Assembly: GCA_963718045.1 (NCBI GenBank)
Contig: OY970350.1
Location: 660,001-692,000 of the forward strand
Direction of reading: 5' to 3'
DNA from: Candidatus Saccharimonadota bacterium
GTDB lineage: Bacteria > Patescibacteriota > Saccharimonadia > Saccharimonadales > UBA4665
DNA: 32,000 nt
In this document: piece after piece, positions 17,036-25,633 of the stretch
Layout of the letters: the number at the start of each line of letters is the position of its first letter
Numbering within the stretch: position 1 is the first letter of the stretch
Notes under the pieces: generated by a model
Databases searched by the model: none
Seen by the model: only the letters and a program-made list of their open reading frames with translations
What the model was told of the DNA's origin: nothing
Program-made: the position numbers and the translations under genes

Positions 17036-17839
17036 CTAGGCTATGCGGCGATGAAGATCATGCACTTTTGGATGTCTACCTCTGACATATTTATCAATTG
17101 CCTCTGCAATAGCGGTTTTAACTGCATCACGGCGATCATAGTCGGTAGGTAATTCTGCTACTTCAAGAGCAGGATTAATTAACTCATCACCCAGGTAACC
17201 AAGTCTATATCTAATCGACCTGTCAGCCAGAAGGCCGCGGCGTAGGACTGATATTCCAAACCTTGCAAGGTCTCGATCACCCTTTTTAGCTAACTCATTG
17301 CCTCTTAACTTTATCTGTCCATTTTCCATATCCGCTAAGACTGGCGTGCCACTAGTGCTTAGCATAATGTTCTTTGCCTGCATATCACCATGGGTTATGC
17401 CCCTAACCTGTAAGCTTCCGGCTAGATTTGCAGCAAAATTTACCGCTGGAGTAATCTCTCTATGCAGACGTCTTGAAGCAACATTTTCATTCCAGCTTAA
17501 TTGACCGAGGTGTCTTAGGTCTGGGCGATACTTAGATATAAGATAGGCATACAATCCTTCTGATGCAACCTCAAGAGGCTCAATAGTATCGAACCCCTCA
17601 CCCCGTGCATATTCCAGTACTTCTTTCTCATGCAGTGCTCTTACGGTTAGTGTAAATGGCTTAATTGCTACATCGCCGTAAGGTGATAAAGTGCCAAATA
17701 ATACACCGTGTCCAGAGTCCGAATCACCAAGATGTCTATAAGGATGTTCAGCAAAATAGCCAACGTTTCTATATATATCAGCTATTAATGTTTCGTGTGT
17801 CGGCAGGGGGGTAGGATTTTCTATTGCTAAGTTTTTCAT
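17036..17839 (-). CDS. protein-kinase-like (PKL) fold kinase, small atypical type
   Basis: 267 aa. Motifs: LSPYGDVAIKPF (VAIK beta3 Lys), HEKEVLEYAR (alphaC Glu candidates), ITHGDMQAKNIML (HxDxxxxN catalytic loop), VLADMENG (DFG equivalent). Confidence 0.65.
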   Translation of the reverse strand: MKNLAIENPTPLPTHETLIADIYRNVGYFAEHPYRHLGDSDSGHGVLFGTLSPYGDVAIKPFTLTVRALHEKEVLEYARGEGFDTIEPLEVASEGLYAYLISKYRPDLRHLGQLSWNENVASRRLHREITPAVNFAANLAGSLQVRGITHGDMQAKNIMLSTSGTPVLADMENGQIKLRGNELAKKGDRDLARFGISVLRRGLLADRSIRYRLGYLGDELINPALEVAELPTDYDRRDAVKTAIAEAIDKYVRGRHPKVHDLHRRIA

Positions 17840-18459
17840 AAATCACCGTCTTCTAGTCCTTTAATGGCTAGCCGGGTTAATTCTCTTATTCTAACATCTG
17901 ACAATACTGGTTGCAGGTTTTTTTCAATAGATGAAGCTAGATTATGTCTTATTCGGCCTGAACGAGGCTGGCCGTATCTAAAATGATAAGGAGGGATGAA
18001 AACTACTTGGCCGCTTTCTCTAAGTAACGCCAGGCTCTTTATACCAAGATCCTGCATGGAAAACTTTCGGGCATCAAGCGCTACTTGTCTTCCGACATGT
18101 AAGTACAAATTATCTATTGCTCTATCACCTCTCGGGTGGGAACCCAAAGTTATAGCTACAATTGGTAGTAAATCTACGGGCTTTCTAAAAACAGTATAGT
18201 CATCACCGACATGATTAATGGGTAGTAAATCTGAATATGGTAGAACATCAGTAGAAAATAAAGCTTCTTGCGTACGATCACCGTAAGGTGATAAATCCTT
18301 CATAGCTATAAATTCTTGTCCGAAGTTATCGAAAAACTGAAGCGGCCTAATTGATGAATGACCCCTTGATACCTCTAGAGAAGGAGGGGACAATTTGATT
18401 TCTGAAGATGCTAACTCGGCGTAGCTAGATGGGTATTGCACTTTTATATAATAACACAA
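17836..18459 (-). CDS. degenerate paralogue of the downstream kinase (putative pseudokinase)
   Basis: Its stop overlaps the kinase start (ATGA at 17836-17839). It shares LSPYGD with the kinase, but the VAIK Lys and HGD..N are replaced (DRTQEALF; MQDLGIKSLALL). The track start is TTG at 18459. A more likely start is GTG at 18441, 6 nt downstream of TGtTATTAT. Confidence 0.5.
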   Translation of the reverse strand: MCYYIKVQYPSSYAELASSEIKLSPPSLEVSRGHSSIRPLQFFDNFGQEFIAMKDLSPYGDRTQEALFSTDVLPYSDLLPINHVGDDYTVFRKPVDLLPIVAITLGSHPRGDRAIDNLYLHVGRQVALDARKFSMQDLGIKSLALLRESGQVVFIPPYHFRYGQPRSGRIRHNLASSIEKNLQPVLSDVRIRELTRLAIKGLEDGDL

Positions 18460-18476
18460 AACTATTTAACTTACAA
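18448..18476 (-). promoter_or_regulatory. promoter TTGTAA-17-(TGt)TATTAT, 6 nt upstream of GTG 18441 (leaderless-type)
   Basis: Read on the minus strand: -35 is the reverse complement of 18471-18476, and -10 is the reverse complement of 18448-18453. Confidence 0.4.
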
Positions 18477-18518
18477 GACCTGTTAGCGTGGTATTAACTT
18501 ACGGGTTATTATTAATTA

Positions 18519-18755
18519 ATGAATAAGTCTTTTCAGGTATATGTGGGCGTAATGCTAATGATTATAGTTCTCTTAATGGCTGCACTGGTTGGTGGCCTAA
18601 TTTATGCTGTTAGAGATGTTAAAACTCAGGCTAATAATGTTAACTTAAAGGTAAATAATTTTAACCACAACTTAAATCAGCTAAATGGTGATCTAAATAA
18701 TATAGACAACCAGCTAAAGATAGATAATTCAGATACTACTTCACTTAAACCATAA
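18519..18755 (+). CDS. small membrane-anchored Asn-rich coiled-coil-like protein
   Basis: 78 aa. N-terminal TM VYVGVMLMIIVLLMAALVGGLIYAV, followed by N-rich heptad-like repeats. TATTAT lies 6 nt upstream of the ATG. Confidence 0.45.
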   Translation: MNKSFQVYVGVMLMIIVLLMAALVGGLIYAVRDVKTQANNVNLKVNNFNHNLNQLNGDLNNIDNQLKIDNSDTTSLKP

Positions 18756-18821
18756 CTCTTGGAAGTGCTGTTTGGTTTTACTTGGTAACAATTTGCTTAA
18801 AAATTAGCACCCATAAAAACT

Positions 18822-19535
18822 TTGATGGTATACTTGCAATTAATGACAGATTCTAATGCAAACAAAGATGGAATTGATGTACCAAAACCTGGTAATTGGC
18901 CAGGCGCTTTTGAGTCTTATAAGCTAGTAAAACCACATATTAAACCTCAAATCTGGAACTTTGTTTCAGTGATTGGTTTATCTATAGCAGTTCTTTTACT
19001 CTTAGACATAGTTTTTAGCATTGTTTTTAAGCACACTTTTATGAATACCACGCTTAATGACCTAGCCAGCTTATTAATCAGCTCTTTTATGGAGGCTGTC
19101 ATTATAACTATGTTCTTCGCCTCTTTGAGGGGTGATGAATTTACACTCCAAACAGCTATAAATTACGGCCTCCAAAGGCTTCTAAAAATGATCGGTCTTA
19201 TTTTTATTATGTACGTTATTATGCTGGTAAGTTTTATCCTGCTAGTCATACCCTTCTTCTTTGTTGCGCCAAGAGTCCTGCTGGCACCGTATTACCTAAT
19301 ACTTAATGACTGTACTGTTAGTGAAGCACTGGCTGCCAGCTGGCACTCAACAAAAGGTCAATATAAGAATGTTTACGGCATAATTGGTATCCAGGTATTA
19401 GTTGCCTTAGCCTTTATTACAATTATTGGCATACCATTCGCTATTTACTGGGGCATTATTAACTCTGGTTCTTTTGCTTTGCTAACTCTTTATTTGTCGC
19501 AGTCAAAAGATAAGACTGACTTAAAAAAAGCTTAA
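18822..19535 (+). CDS. hypothetical polytopic membrane protein
   Basis: 237-aa ORF from a TTG start. A more likely start is ATG 18843 (MTDSNANK), 8 nt downstream of TGgTATACT (18826-18834). About 5 TM. Confidence 0.5.
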   Translation: MMVYLQLMTDSNANKDGIDVPKPGNWPGAFESYKLVKPHIKPQIWNFVSVIGLSIAVLLLLDIVFSIVFKHTFMNTTLNDLASLLISSFMEAVIITMFFASLRGDEFTLQTAINYGLQRLLKMIGLIFIMYVIMLVSFILLVIPFFFVAPRVLLAPYYLILNDCTVSEALAASWHSTKGQYKNVYGIIGIQVLVALAFITIIGIPFAIYWGIINSGSFALLTLYLSQSKDKTDLKKA

Positions 19536-20258
19536 ATCAGTTATTTCCGGATACTTCATCTTAAGTTCGATTGGTTGATTAGAAGCTACATAAATTAAGT
19601 TGTGCGGATAGAAATACATTCTGTTCGTGCTAGTTGGGAAAACCTTAGCGTAAGTAAAGTACTTTTTATATACCCGGTGCATTTGAGACAAAACTGAACT
19701 GGCTGCAAGATCTGATATCACGTTAGCTGCTAATAAGCCATCTGGTTTTAATGCTTTCAGTGAATGCTTAGCGAACTTTTTAGATAGTATCTCGTCTGGT
19801 ATTTTATTGTCGCTATAGGCGTCAATTAAGGTGAGGTCATATTTTATAGAGTTTTTAGTCAGGTAGTGAAGTCCGTAGTCATGAAAGATTTTTATTCTGT
19901 CATTTGGTTTGAAATGAAAATACTTCTCGGCAATGGTGTCGAGTTTTGCGTCAGGCTCAACTATGTCAAAGCTTATGTCGCTTTGGTTATTAACAATATA
20001 GCTTGGCAGTGTATATACACCGCCGCCAACAGCCAGAACATGAGAGGGTTTTATGTTTTCTATTAGCTCGTTAAAACGACGGTTATAGCCAAAAAGCAAG
20101 GTTGGTTTATTGTCTTGTGGTATGCCTGATTGGGCTGTTTTAAACCTACCGCTATATAGGACGCGCGCGGGTCTGCCGGCATATATTTCATCAATAACTT
20201 CGTACTGGTTTAATTCAGTGACAACTTTATATATAACTTTGCTGCTGGTATCATCCAT
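19521..20258 (-). CDS. spermidine-synthase-like (class I SAM-MTase fold) protein
   Basis: 245 aa. The motif order resembles SpeE: NQYEVIDE..G..L.SG..Q, VLAVGGGVYTLP, FDIVEPD, DRIKIF.DYG, YDLTLIDAYSD. The canonical GGGDG is absent, so the activity is uncertain. Confidence 0.45.
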   Translation of the reverse strand: MDDTSSKVIYKVVTELNQYEVIDEIYAGRPARVLYSGRFKTAQSGIPQDNKPTLLFGYNRRFNELIENIKPSHVLAVGGGVYTLPSYIVNNQSDISFDIVEPDAKLDTIAEKYFHFKPNDRIKIFHDYGLHYLTKNSIKYDLTLIDAYSDNKIPDEILSKKFAKHSLKALKPDGLLAANVISDLAASSVLSQMHRVYKKYFTYAKVFPTSTNRMYFYPHNLIYVASNQPIELKMKYPEITDLSFF

Positions 20259-20450
20259 TAACCTTTTAGTATACTAGTCTATTTCTTAATCAGTGTCTGG
20301 TTGCTTGGGAATTTTTTGGCACTTTCATGCAGGTGATCGAGTAATTTTTCTATTGTCATTTTGTATTCCTTTTTAGATTAACCTTAGTATAGGTTAATTT
20401 TATTTAGCTTATGCTATGAATAAATAGCTGTAAGTAAGAATTTTTACGTT

Positions 20451-21023
20451 TCAAAGATTCTTGCCTTTTGGAAGAGCCTTCGGACCTTTTAGGTATTTGT
20501 GTCTAAGTAGAACTTTTTGCAGAGTTTGGAGCACCTGTTCTGCTTGTTTATAGCTCATCCCTAGCTTAGCAACTGAGATGGGTTGTTTCTGGCCGGCAAC
20601 TTGCTTAAAGTTGAGGACCAAACCATTTGAATCATAGTGTATGTCTAGTGAATCTGAGTAAAGTGTGCGCTGCTCTATGGCTAGAAGCATAATTATGCTT
20701 CTAGGCAGACCGCCGGCCATTAGCGGGTCAGTGTCTTCGACCATTAGGTCGTCTATGTTATAACCAGCCATTGACCAAAGCTTGAGAGCATCGTTATTTT
20801 CCATTTGGTAATGATTAATAAGCTGTTCTAAAAGTTCCTCGCCAGGCCTCTCCATGCCAGCTTCAATTTTATTAAGCAGTTTTTCGTCAATTTCAACTGC
20901 ACCGCAAACTTCTGCGGTTGTGCGGTTATATCTATGCCTTATTCTTTTAAGACGGAGACCTAAACTCTTGTATGGCGCATTGGGTTGGGGTGCATTTCTC
21001 ACTAACTTTATTTTACCGCCCAT
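20451..21023 (-). CDS. XRE-family helix-turn-helix protein with an uncharacterised C-terminal domain
   Basis: 190 aa. The HTH region is LGLRLKRIRHRYNRTTAEVCGAVEIDEKLLNKIEAGMERP. It is divergent from murB with only 37 bp between the starts. Confidence 0.6.
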   Translation of the reverse strand: MGGKIKLVRNAPQPNAPYKSLGLRLKRIRHRYNRTTAEVCGAVEIDEKLLNKIEAGMERPGEELLEQLINHYQMENNDALKLWSMAGYNIDDLMVEDTDPLMAGGLPRSIIMLLAIEQRTLYSDSLDIHYDSNGLVLNFKQVAGQKQPISVAKLGMSYKQAEQVLQTLQKVLLRHKYLKGPKALPKGKNL

Positions 21024-21060
21024 AACTTACTAGTACAAGGTTGGCCTGGCTTCACGTATA

Positions 21061-22095
21061 ATGCCTTCTATGAACCTACTGCGGGATGTGAGCCTAGCCA
21101 AATACTCAACTATGGGGTTGGGTGGTAAAGCTAGTTACGTTGTATCTATCGATAAGCGTGATGATCTCATTGAAGCCCTTAACTTTGCCGGTCAAAATAA
21201 GCTGCCAGTCTTAATGATTGGCGAAGGCAGTAACATTATTTGGCGGGATGAGGGATATAAGGGCCTGCTGCTTATTAATAACATCAGGGGTTTTGATATA
21301 GAAAACGAAGACGATGAAGGCTCAGATATTGTAATCGGGGCAGGTGAAAATTGGGATCTGGCCATTGATAGGGCTGTTAGTTTGGGCTTAAGCGGTATCG
21401 AGTGTTTAAGTTTAATTCCCGGCAGTGCCGGCGCTACACCTGTTCAGAATGTCGGTGCTTACGGCCAGGAGATATCTGAGACGTTAGTCAGTCTTGAAGC
21501 TTACGATAACAAAAACAAGATCTTTCTAACGATGCTAAATAAGGACTGCAATTTTAGTTATAGAGACAGCTGCTTTAGAAAAGAGCCAGGACGTTACTTT
21601 ATATTATCTATCCGCTTACATCTTAAAAAAGACCAGATCAAACCACCGTTATATAAAGGGCTCGAGCAGTATTTAAATAGCCGCAGCATATCTGATTTGT
21701 CGCCTTATAGTATCAGGCAGGCAGTTATTAATATCAGGCAGGCTAAACTGCCTGACCCGACTAAGATACGTAACTGCGGATCTTTCTTTAAAAATCCAAT
21801 AGTTCCAAAAGGGAAGTATGAGGAGATTCATAGTCACTACGAAGATGCACCTGGCTGGGAAACAAGTGACGGACAAATGAAGCTTTCGGCAGCCTGGCTA
21901 ATTGAGAAAGCTGGATTTAAAGATTACTTTGATAACCAAACGGGAATGGCCACTTGGAAAGAACAGCCACTTGTCTTAGTTAATCAAAGCGCCAAGAGTA
22001 CTAATGACCTACTCCGTTTTAAGGATAAGATTGTTAGTGTAACTCGGGATATGTTTGGCGTCGAGCTTGACCAGGAACCGCAGCTATTGCCTTAA
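21061..22095 (+). CDS. murB: UDP-N-acetylenolpyruvoylglucosamine reductase
   Basis: 344 aa. Motifs: YSTMGLGGKASYVV, GEGSNI, PGSAGATPVQNVGAYGQE, SYRDSCF, GSFFKNP. A consensus TATAAT at 21057-21062 overlaps the first ATG, so the ATG at 21070 (MNLLRDV) may be the real, leaderless start. Confidence 0.85.
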   Translation: MPSMNLLRDVSLAKYSTMGLGGKASYVVSIDKRDDLIEALNFAGQNKLPVLMIGEGSNIIWRDEGYKGLLLINNIRGFDIENEDDEGSDIVIGAGENWDLAIDRAVSLGLSGIECLSLIPGSAGATPVQNVGAYGQEISETLVSLEAYDNKNKIFLTMLNKDCNFSYRDSCFRKEPGRYFILSIRLHLKKDQIKPPLYKGLEQYLNSRSISDLSPYSIRQAVINIRQAKLPDPTKIRNCGSFFKNPIVPKGKYEEIHSHYEDAPGWETSDGQMKLSAAWLIEKAGFKDYFDNQTGMATWKEQPLVLVNQSAKSTNDLLRFKDKIVSVTRDMFGVELDQEPQLLP

Positions 22096-23351
22096 GATGG
22101 CAGTGGATATTTCTTGGTAAATTCTTTGATTTCAGCCCGTATTTTAGCTAACTTCTTGTCGTTGTTACTAGCAGTTATGGCCTGATCTATCCACTCAGCT
22201 ACCTGGTCCATCTCTGTCTCTTTGAGGCCGCGGGTTGTAAGAGCGGGTGTGCCTAAACGGATACCGCTTGGATCAAATGGTGGTCTTGGGTCATAAGGTA
22301 CTGTGTTCTTGTTGACTGTAATACCGGCCTTACCTAAAGCAGCTTCCGCTTCCCTGCCGGTTATCTTTTTATTGGTCATGTCGATTAGCAGCAAATGGTT
22401 GTCTGTACCGCCTGTGACTAGGTTATAGTCTTTATTTACCAGGTTGGTTGCTAGACGCTTGGCGTTTTTAACTATCTGCTGGCCATATTCTTTGAAGGCT
22501 GGCTGAGCCGCTTCTTTTAGGGCAACAGCAATAGCTGCTGTTTGGTGGTTATGCGGTCCGCCCTGAAGACCAGGGATTATTGCCCTGTCTATTAGGGTCG
22601 GCAAGTTCTCTTTTGTTCTTTCAACTGCCTTTAATGGATTGGAAGGATTGCCGTTACAAAGTATTAAAGCTCCCCGCGGACCTCGCAGTGTCTTATGGGT
22701 AGTAGTCATAATGACGTCTGCAATTCCGGCCGGCGATGGATGGGCACCAGCTACCACTAGGCCAGAGATGTGGGATATATCAGCAATCAGCCAGGCATTA
22801 CAAAGATCGGCAATCTGCCTAAGCTTTTTCCAGTCAAAGATTCTTGGGTAGGCTGTTGCGCCAACAAATATTAGTTTAGGCTTTTCTTTTGTGACCATAT
22901 CGGCCATTGCTTCGTAGTCCAAATAGCCGTCCTGCCCGGTCTTATACTGTACCGAGTTATATATTCTTCCGGAAAAGTTAACTTTTAGCCCATGGGTCAT
23001 GTGGCCGCCAAAATACAAGGCCATTCCCATAATGGTGTCTCCCGGATTGACTAGTGCAAAATATATAGCCTGGTTAGCTGGTGATCCGGAGTAGGCCTGA
23101 ACATTGGCATGGTCAACGCCAAACAGTGCCGTTGCTCTGTCACGGGCTAGATTTTCAATTTTGTCGACAAATTCGCAGCCACCATAATATCTTTTACCTG
23201 GATAGCCTTCAGAGTACTTATCGGTTAGTCTTGATCCCAGAGCTTTTAGAACTTCAGCAGAAGTATGGTTTTCACTAGGAATCATTTCCAGACCTTCACT
23301 CTGTCTCTTTACTTCTTCGTCAATTAGTTTAAATACTGCCTGGTCTGTCAT
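22092..23351 (-). CDS. glyA: serine hydroxymethyltransferase
   Basis: 419 aa. Motifs: GLEMIPSENHTS, GYPGKRYYGGCE, TTTHKTLRGPRG (PLP-binding Lys). Strong AAAGAGGGGAG SD. Confidence 0.95.
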   Translation of the reverse strand: MTDQAVFKLIDEEVKRQSEGLEMIPSENHTSAEVLKALGSRLTDKYSEGYPGKRYYGGCEFVDKIENLARDRATALFGVDHANVQAYSGSPANQAIYFALVNPGDTIMGMALYFGGHMTHGLKVNFSGRIYNSVQYKTGQDGYLDYEAMADMVTKEKPKLIFVGATAYPRIFDWKKLRQIADLCNAWLIADISHISGLVVAGAHPSPAGIADVIMTTTHKTLRGPRGALILCNGNPSNPLKAVERTKENLPTLIDRAIIPGLQGGPHNHQTAAIAVALKEAAQPAFKEYGQQIVKNAKRLATNLVNKDYNLVTGGTDNHLLLIDMTNKKITGREAEAALGKAGITVNKNTVPYDPRPPFDPSGIRLGTPALTTRGLKETEMDQVAEWIDQAITASNNDKKLAKIRAEIKEFTKKYPLPS

Positions 23352-23468
23352 TACTGCTCCCCTCTTTAGCTATTATTGTATCCTAGGAACTATTTATTGC
23401 CAAAACTCCAGGCTGGTAATTTTATTCTAGAGGAGATATAATAGTTGCTGTAGTAACAAAAACAAATA

Positions 23469-23497
23469 TTGTAAATATATATCATTTATGGTAAACT
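23469..23497 (+). promoter_or_regulatory. promoter TTGTAA-17-(TGg)TAAACT, 8 nt upstream of ATG 23506
   Basis: -35 at 23469-23474 and -10 at 23492-23497. There is no SD between the -10 and the ATG. Confidence 0.4.
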
Positions 23498-23505
23498 TAT
23501 AGTCT

Positions 23506-25029
23506 ATGCCATCATCAACTGAGAAAATTGGTAGCCTCATTGCTCAAATACGACAAGAACGAGGCTTATCACAGGCAGAATTCGCCAGACGGCTCGGCAC
23601 CAGCCAATCGGCTGTAAACCGTATGGAACGGGGTAACCAGAACCTGAGTATTGAAACTTTAGGCCGTATTAGTGATGTCTTAAACAAACAGCTTATTAGT
23701 TTGAGCGGCGAAGCTGTTAACCTTAGAATTGAAGGCGGCCACAAGCTAAAGGGCGAGATAACCTTAAAGACCTCCAAGAATGCAGCCGTTGGACTGCTGT
23801 GTGCCAGTTTACTTAACGAAGGCGTAACAAAGTTTAAGGCTTTCCCCCGAATTGAAGAAGTCTATCGGATGATTGAAGTGCTGGAAAGTATCGGTGTAAC
23901 AGTTAGATGGTTTGAAGGCAATGATATTGAAATTAGACGGCCTAAGAAATTAAATCTGGAAAATATTGATATTAATGCCGCTACGCAAACGAGAAGTGTG
24001 CTTATGTTCATTGGCCCGCTAATACATGAGTTTACTAAATTTAAGATTCCTTATGCCGGTGGCTGTAAGCTTGGTACTAGAACCATTCAGCCCCATCTAT
24101 TTGCTATGGAGGAATTCGGCGTAAGTATTGTAGCCAGCAACAGTAACTACCACATTGACGTAAAGAAAAAACCAATCGATAGAATAACTCTTTATGAACA
24201 AAGCGATACTGTTGCGGAGAATATTGTAATGGCCGCCTCTAAATTTAGTACCGAAACAGTTATTGAATTTGCCAGTGCTAATTATGCTGTCCAGGAAGTC
24301 TGTTTATTCTTAAGAAAATTAGGTGTCAGCGTAAACGGTATTGGTACAACCACTTTAAGGGTAAAAGGTATGACTTCTATTAAAAAGAACATTGTCTATG
24401 CTCCTAGTGAGGATCCAATTGAGGCAATGTTCTTTACAGCAGCTGCCGTTACAACGAATTCCAAGATTACCATTAAAAGGGTGCCGATTGAGTTTATGTC
24501 AGTTGAGCTACTTAAGCTTGAAAAGATGGGGCTTAAAGTAACCAGAAGTGACAGATATAAGGCAAACAATGGTTACACTGATTTAGTTGATCTGACTATA
24601 TTCCCTCATGACGGTGAACTTAAGGCTTTATCGGATAAAATCCATTCACTGCCCTACCCGGGACTTAATGCCGATAACCTGCCCTACTTTGTGCCTATTG
24701 CCGCCTGTGCTAAGGGAAGAACCTTAATTCATGACTGGATGTATGATAATCGGGCTTTATATTACACTGAACTTACTAAGATTGGCGCTCAGATAGAACT
24801 AGCTGATCCTCATAGACTTTATGTAATTGGCCCAACTAAGTTTAGACCGGCTGATGTTGTCTGTCCGCCTGCCTTAAGGCCAGCCTCACTGCTGCTTATT
24901 GGCATGTTAGCAGCCGACGGCATTAGCATGCTTAGAAATGTCTATACCATAAACCGTGGTTATGAGGATCTGGCTGCCAGATTGAATGTTTTAGGCGCTA
25001 AGGTAACTGTCGTTCACGATATCAGTTAG
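23506..25029 (+). CDS. murA: fusion protein: N-terminal XRE-type HTH + UDP-N-acetylglucosamine 1-carboxyvinyltransferase
   Basis: 507 aa. Aa 1-65 form the HTH: IRQERGLSQAEFARRLGTSQSAVNRMERGNQNLSIETL. The remainder aligns by eye with MurA: LRIEGGHKLKGEITLKTSKNAA, AGGCKLGTRTIQPH (active-site Cys retained), INRGYEDLAARLNVLGAKV. Confidence 0.8.
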   Translation: MPSSTEKIGSLIAQIRQERGLSQAEFARRLGTSQSAVNRMERGNQNLSIETLGRISDVLNKQLISLSGEAVNLRIEGGHKLKGEITLKTSKNAAVGLLCASLLNEGVTKFKAFPRIEEVYRMIEVLESIGVTVRWFEGNDIEIRRPKKLNLENIDINAATQTRSVLMFIGPLIHEFTKFKIPYAGGCKLGTRTIQPHLFAMEEFGVSIVASNSNYHIDVKKKPIDRITLYEQSDTVAENIVMAASKFSTETVIEFASANYAVQEVCLFLRKLGVSVNGIGTTTLRVKGMTSIKKNIVYAPSEDPIEAMFFTAAAVTTNSKITIKRVPIEFMSVELLKLEKMGLKVTRSDRYKANNGYTDLVDLTIFPHDGELKALSDKIHSLPYPGLNADNLPYFVPIAACAKGRTLIHDWMYDNRALYYTELTKIGAQIELADPHRLYVIGPTKFRPADVVCPPALRPASLLLIGMLAADGISMLRNVYTINRGYEDLAARLNVLGAKVTVVHDIS

Positions 25030-25067
25030 TACAGCAAGGTCAGCCAGCACTTCCAGATTTGCTCTGA

Positions 25068-25328
25068 CTATTTGTATAGCTGGCTATGAGTACCGACTGC
25101 AACCAATAGTGCCACGTCATTATTGATTTGTTTATAATGTACCCGCCAATCTCCGCCGAAGCTTATAGAACGATAGCCCTTCCATTCGCCAGTCAGGGGA
25201 TGGTTGTATAGGTTTTTATTGTAAGGCTCTACTTGAAATAGTTTAAGAGCAGCCTTGAGCCGTTTTTCTTGAGCTGCCGATAGTTTAACAACCTGTTTCT
25301 GAAATGATTTATGGTAGCGGAGCTTCAT
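25068..25328 (-). CDS. type II toxin, RelE/ParE superfamily (YafQ/RelE-like mRNA interferase)
   Basis: About 86 aa from ATG 25328 (the track start TTG 25334 is less likely). Motifs: MKLRYHKSFQKQVVKL, HPLTGEWKGYRSISFGGDWRVHY, VGTHSQLY. Confidence 0.75.
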   Translation of the reverse strand: MKLRYHKSFQKQVVKLSAAQEKRLKAALKLFQVEPYNKNLYNHPLTGEWKGYRSISFGGDWRVHYKQINNDVALLVAVGTHSQLYK

Positions 25329-25342
25329 AACCAATAAGCTGT

Positions 25343-25624
25343 TTAGGCTGTCTCTATTAAATGCTTGAACATATCATCAACAGAGTCAAATTCAGGTGAT
25401 ATATTTTTACCGGTTCTAAGGTCTGCCTCAACTTCACGCATAATCTGTTCTAAGTAGGGGGTGGGCTCTAAAGTTGTACTCAAGACTATCTTACGGTCCC
25501 TCAAAGCTTGTTTAACGAGTAGATTGACAAATGCAGTAGTTGACACACCTAATTCAGCAGCAAAAGACTTAAGTTCGTCTTTAGTATTCTCGTCAGTTTT
25601 AACGGTCAATAGTACATTACTCAT
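25343..25624 (-). CDS. type II antitoxin, RelB/DinJ family
   Basis: 93 aa. Motif: LLTVKTDENTKDELKSFAAELGVSTTAFVNLLVKQAL (RHH of DinJ type). It lies 14 nt upstream of the toxin. Confidence 0.7.
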   Translation of the reverse strand: MSNVLLTVKTDENTKDELKSFAAELGVSTTAFVNLLVKQALRDRKIVLSTTLEPTPYLEQIMREVEADLRTGKNISPEFDSVDDMFKHLIETA

Positions 25625-25633
25625 AATACATAC

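Noticed and set aside
16388-18518. Calling the tRNA-Arg(TCG)-adjacent segment a genomic island
   Set aside because: There is no direct repeat of the tRNA 3' end and no recombinase, and I could not establish a compositional shift by eye. It is kept only as context for the kinase-pair finding.
23352-23505. Possible THF or other riboswitch upstream of glyA or HTH-murA, and upstream of folC/folD
   Set aside because: The intergenic regions are short and AT-rich. They contain only promoter and SD elements, with no extended conserved-looking helices.
25041-25086. Inverted repeat agccagc...gctggct after murA as a terminator
   Set aside because: The arms are only 7 bp and the loop is about 30 nt. 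The second arm lies inside the toxin coding sequence, and there is no T-run.
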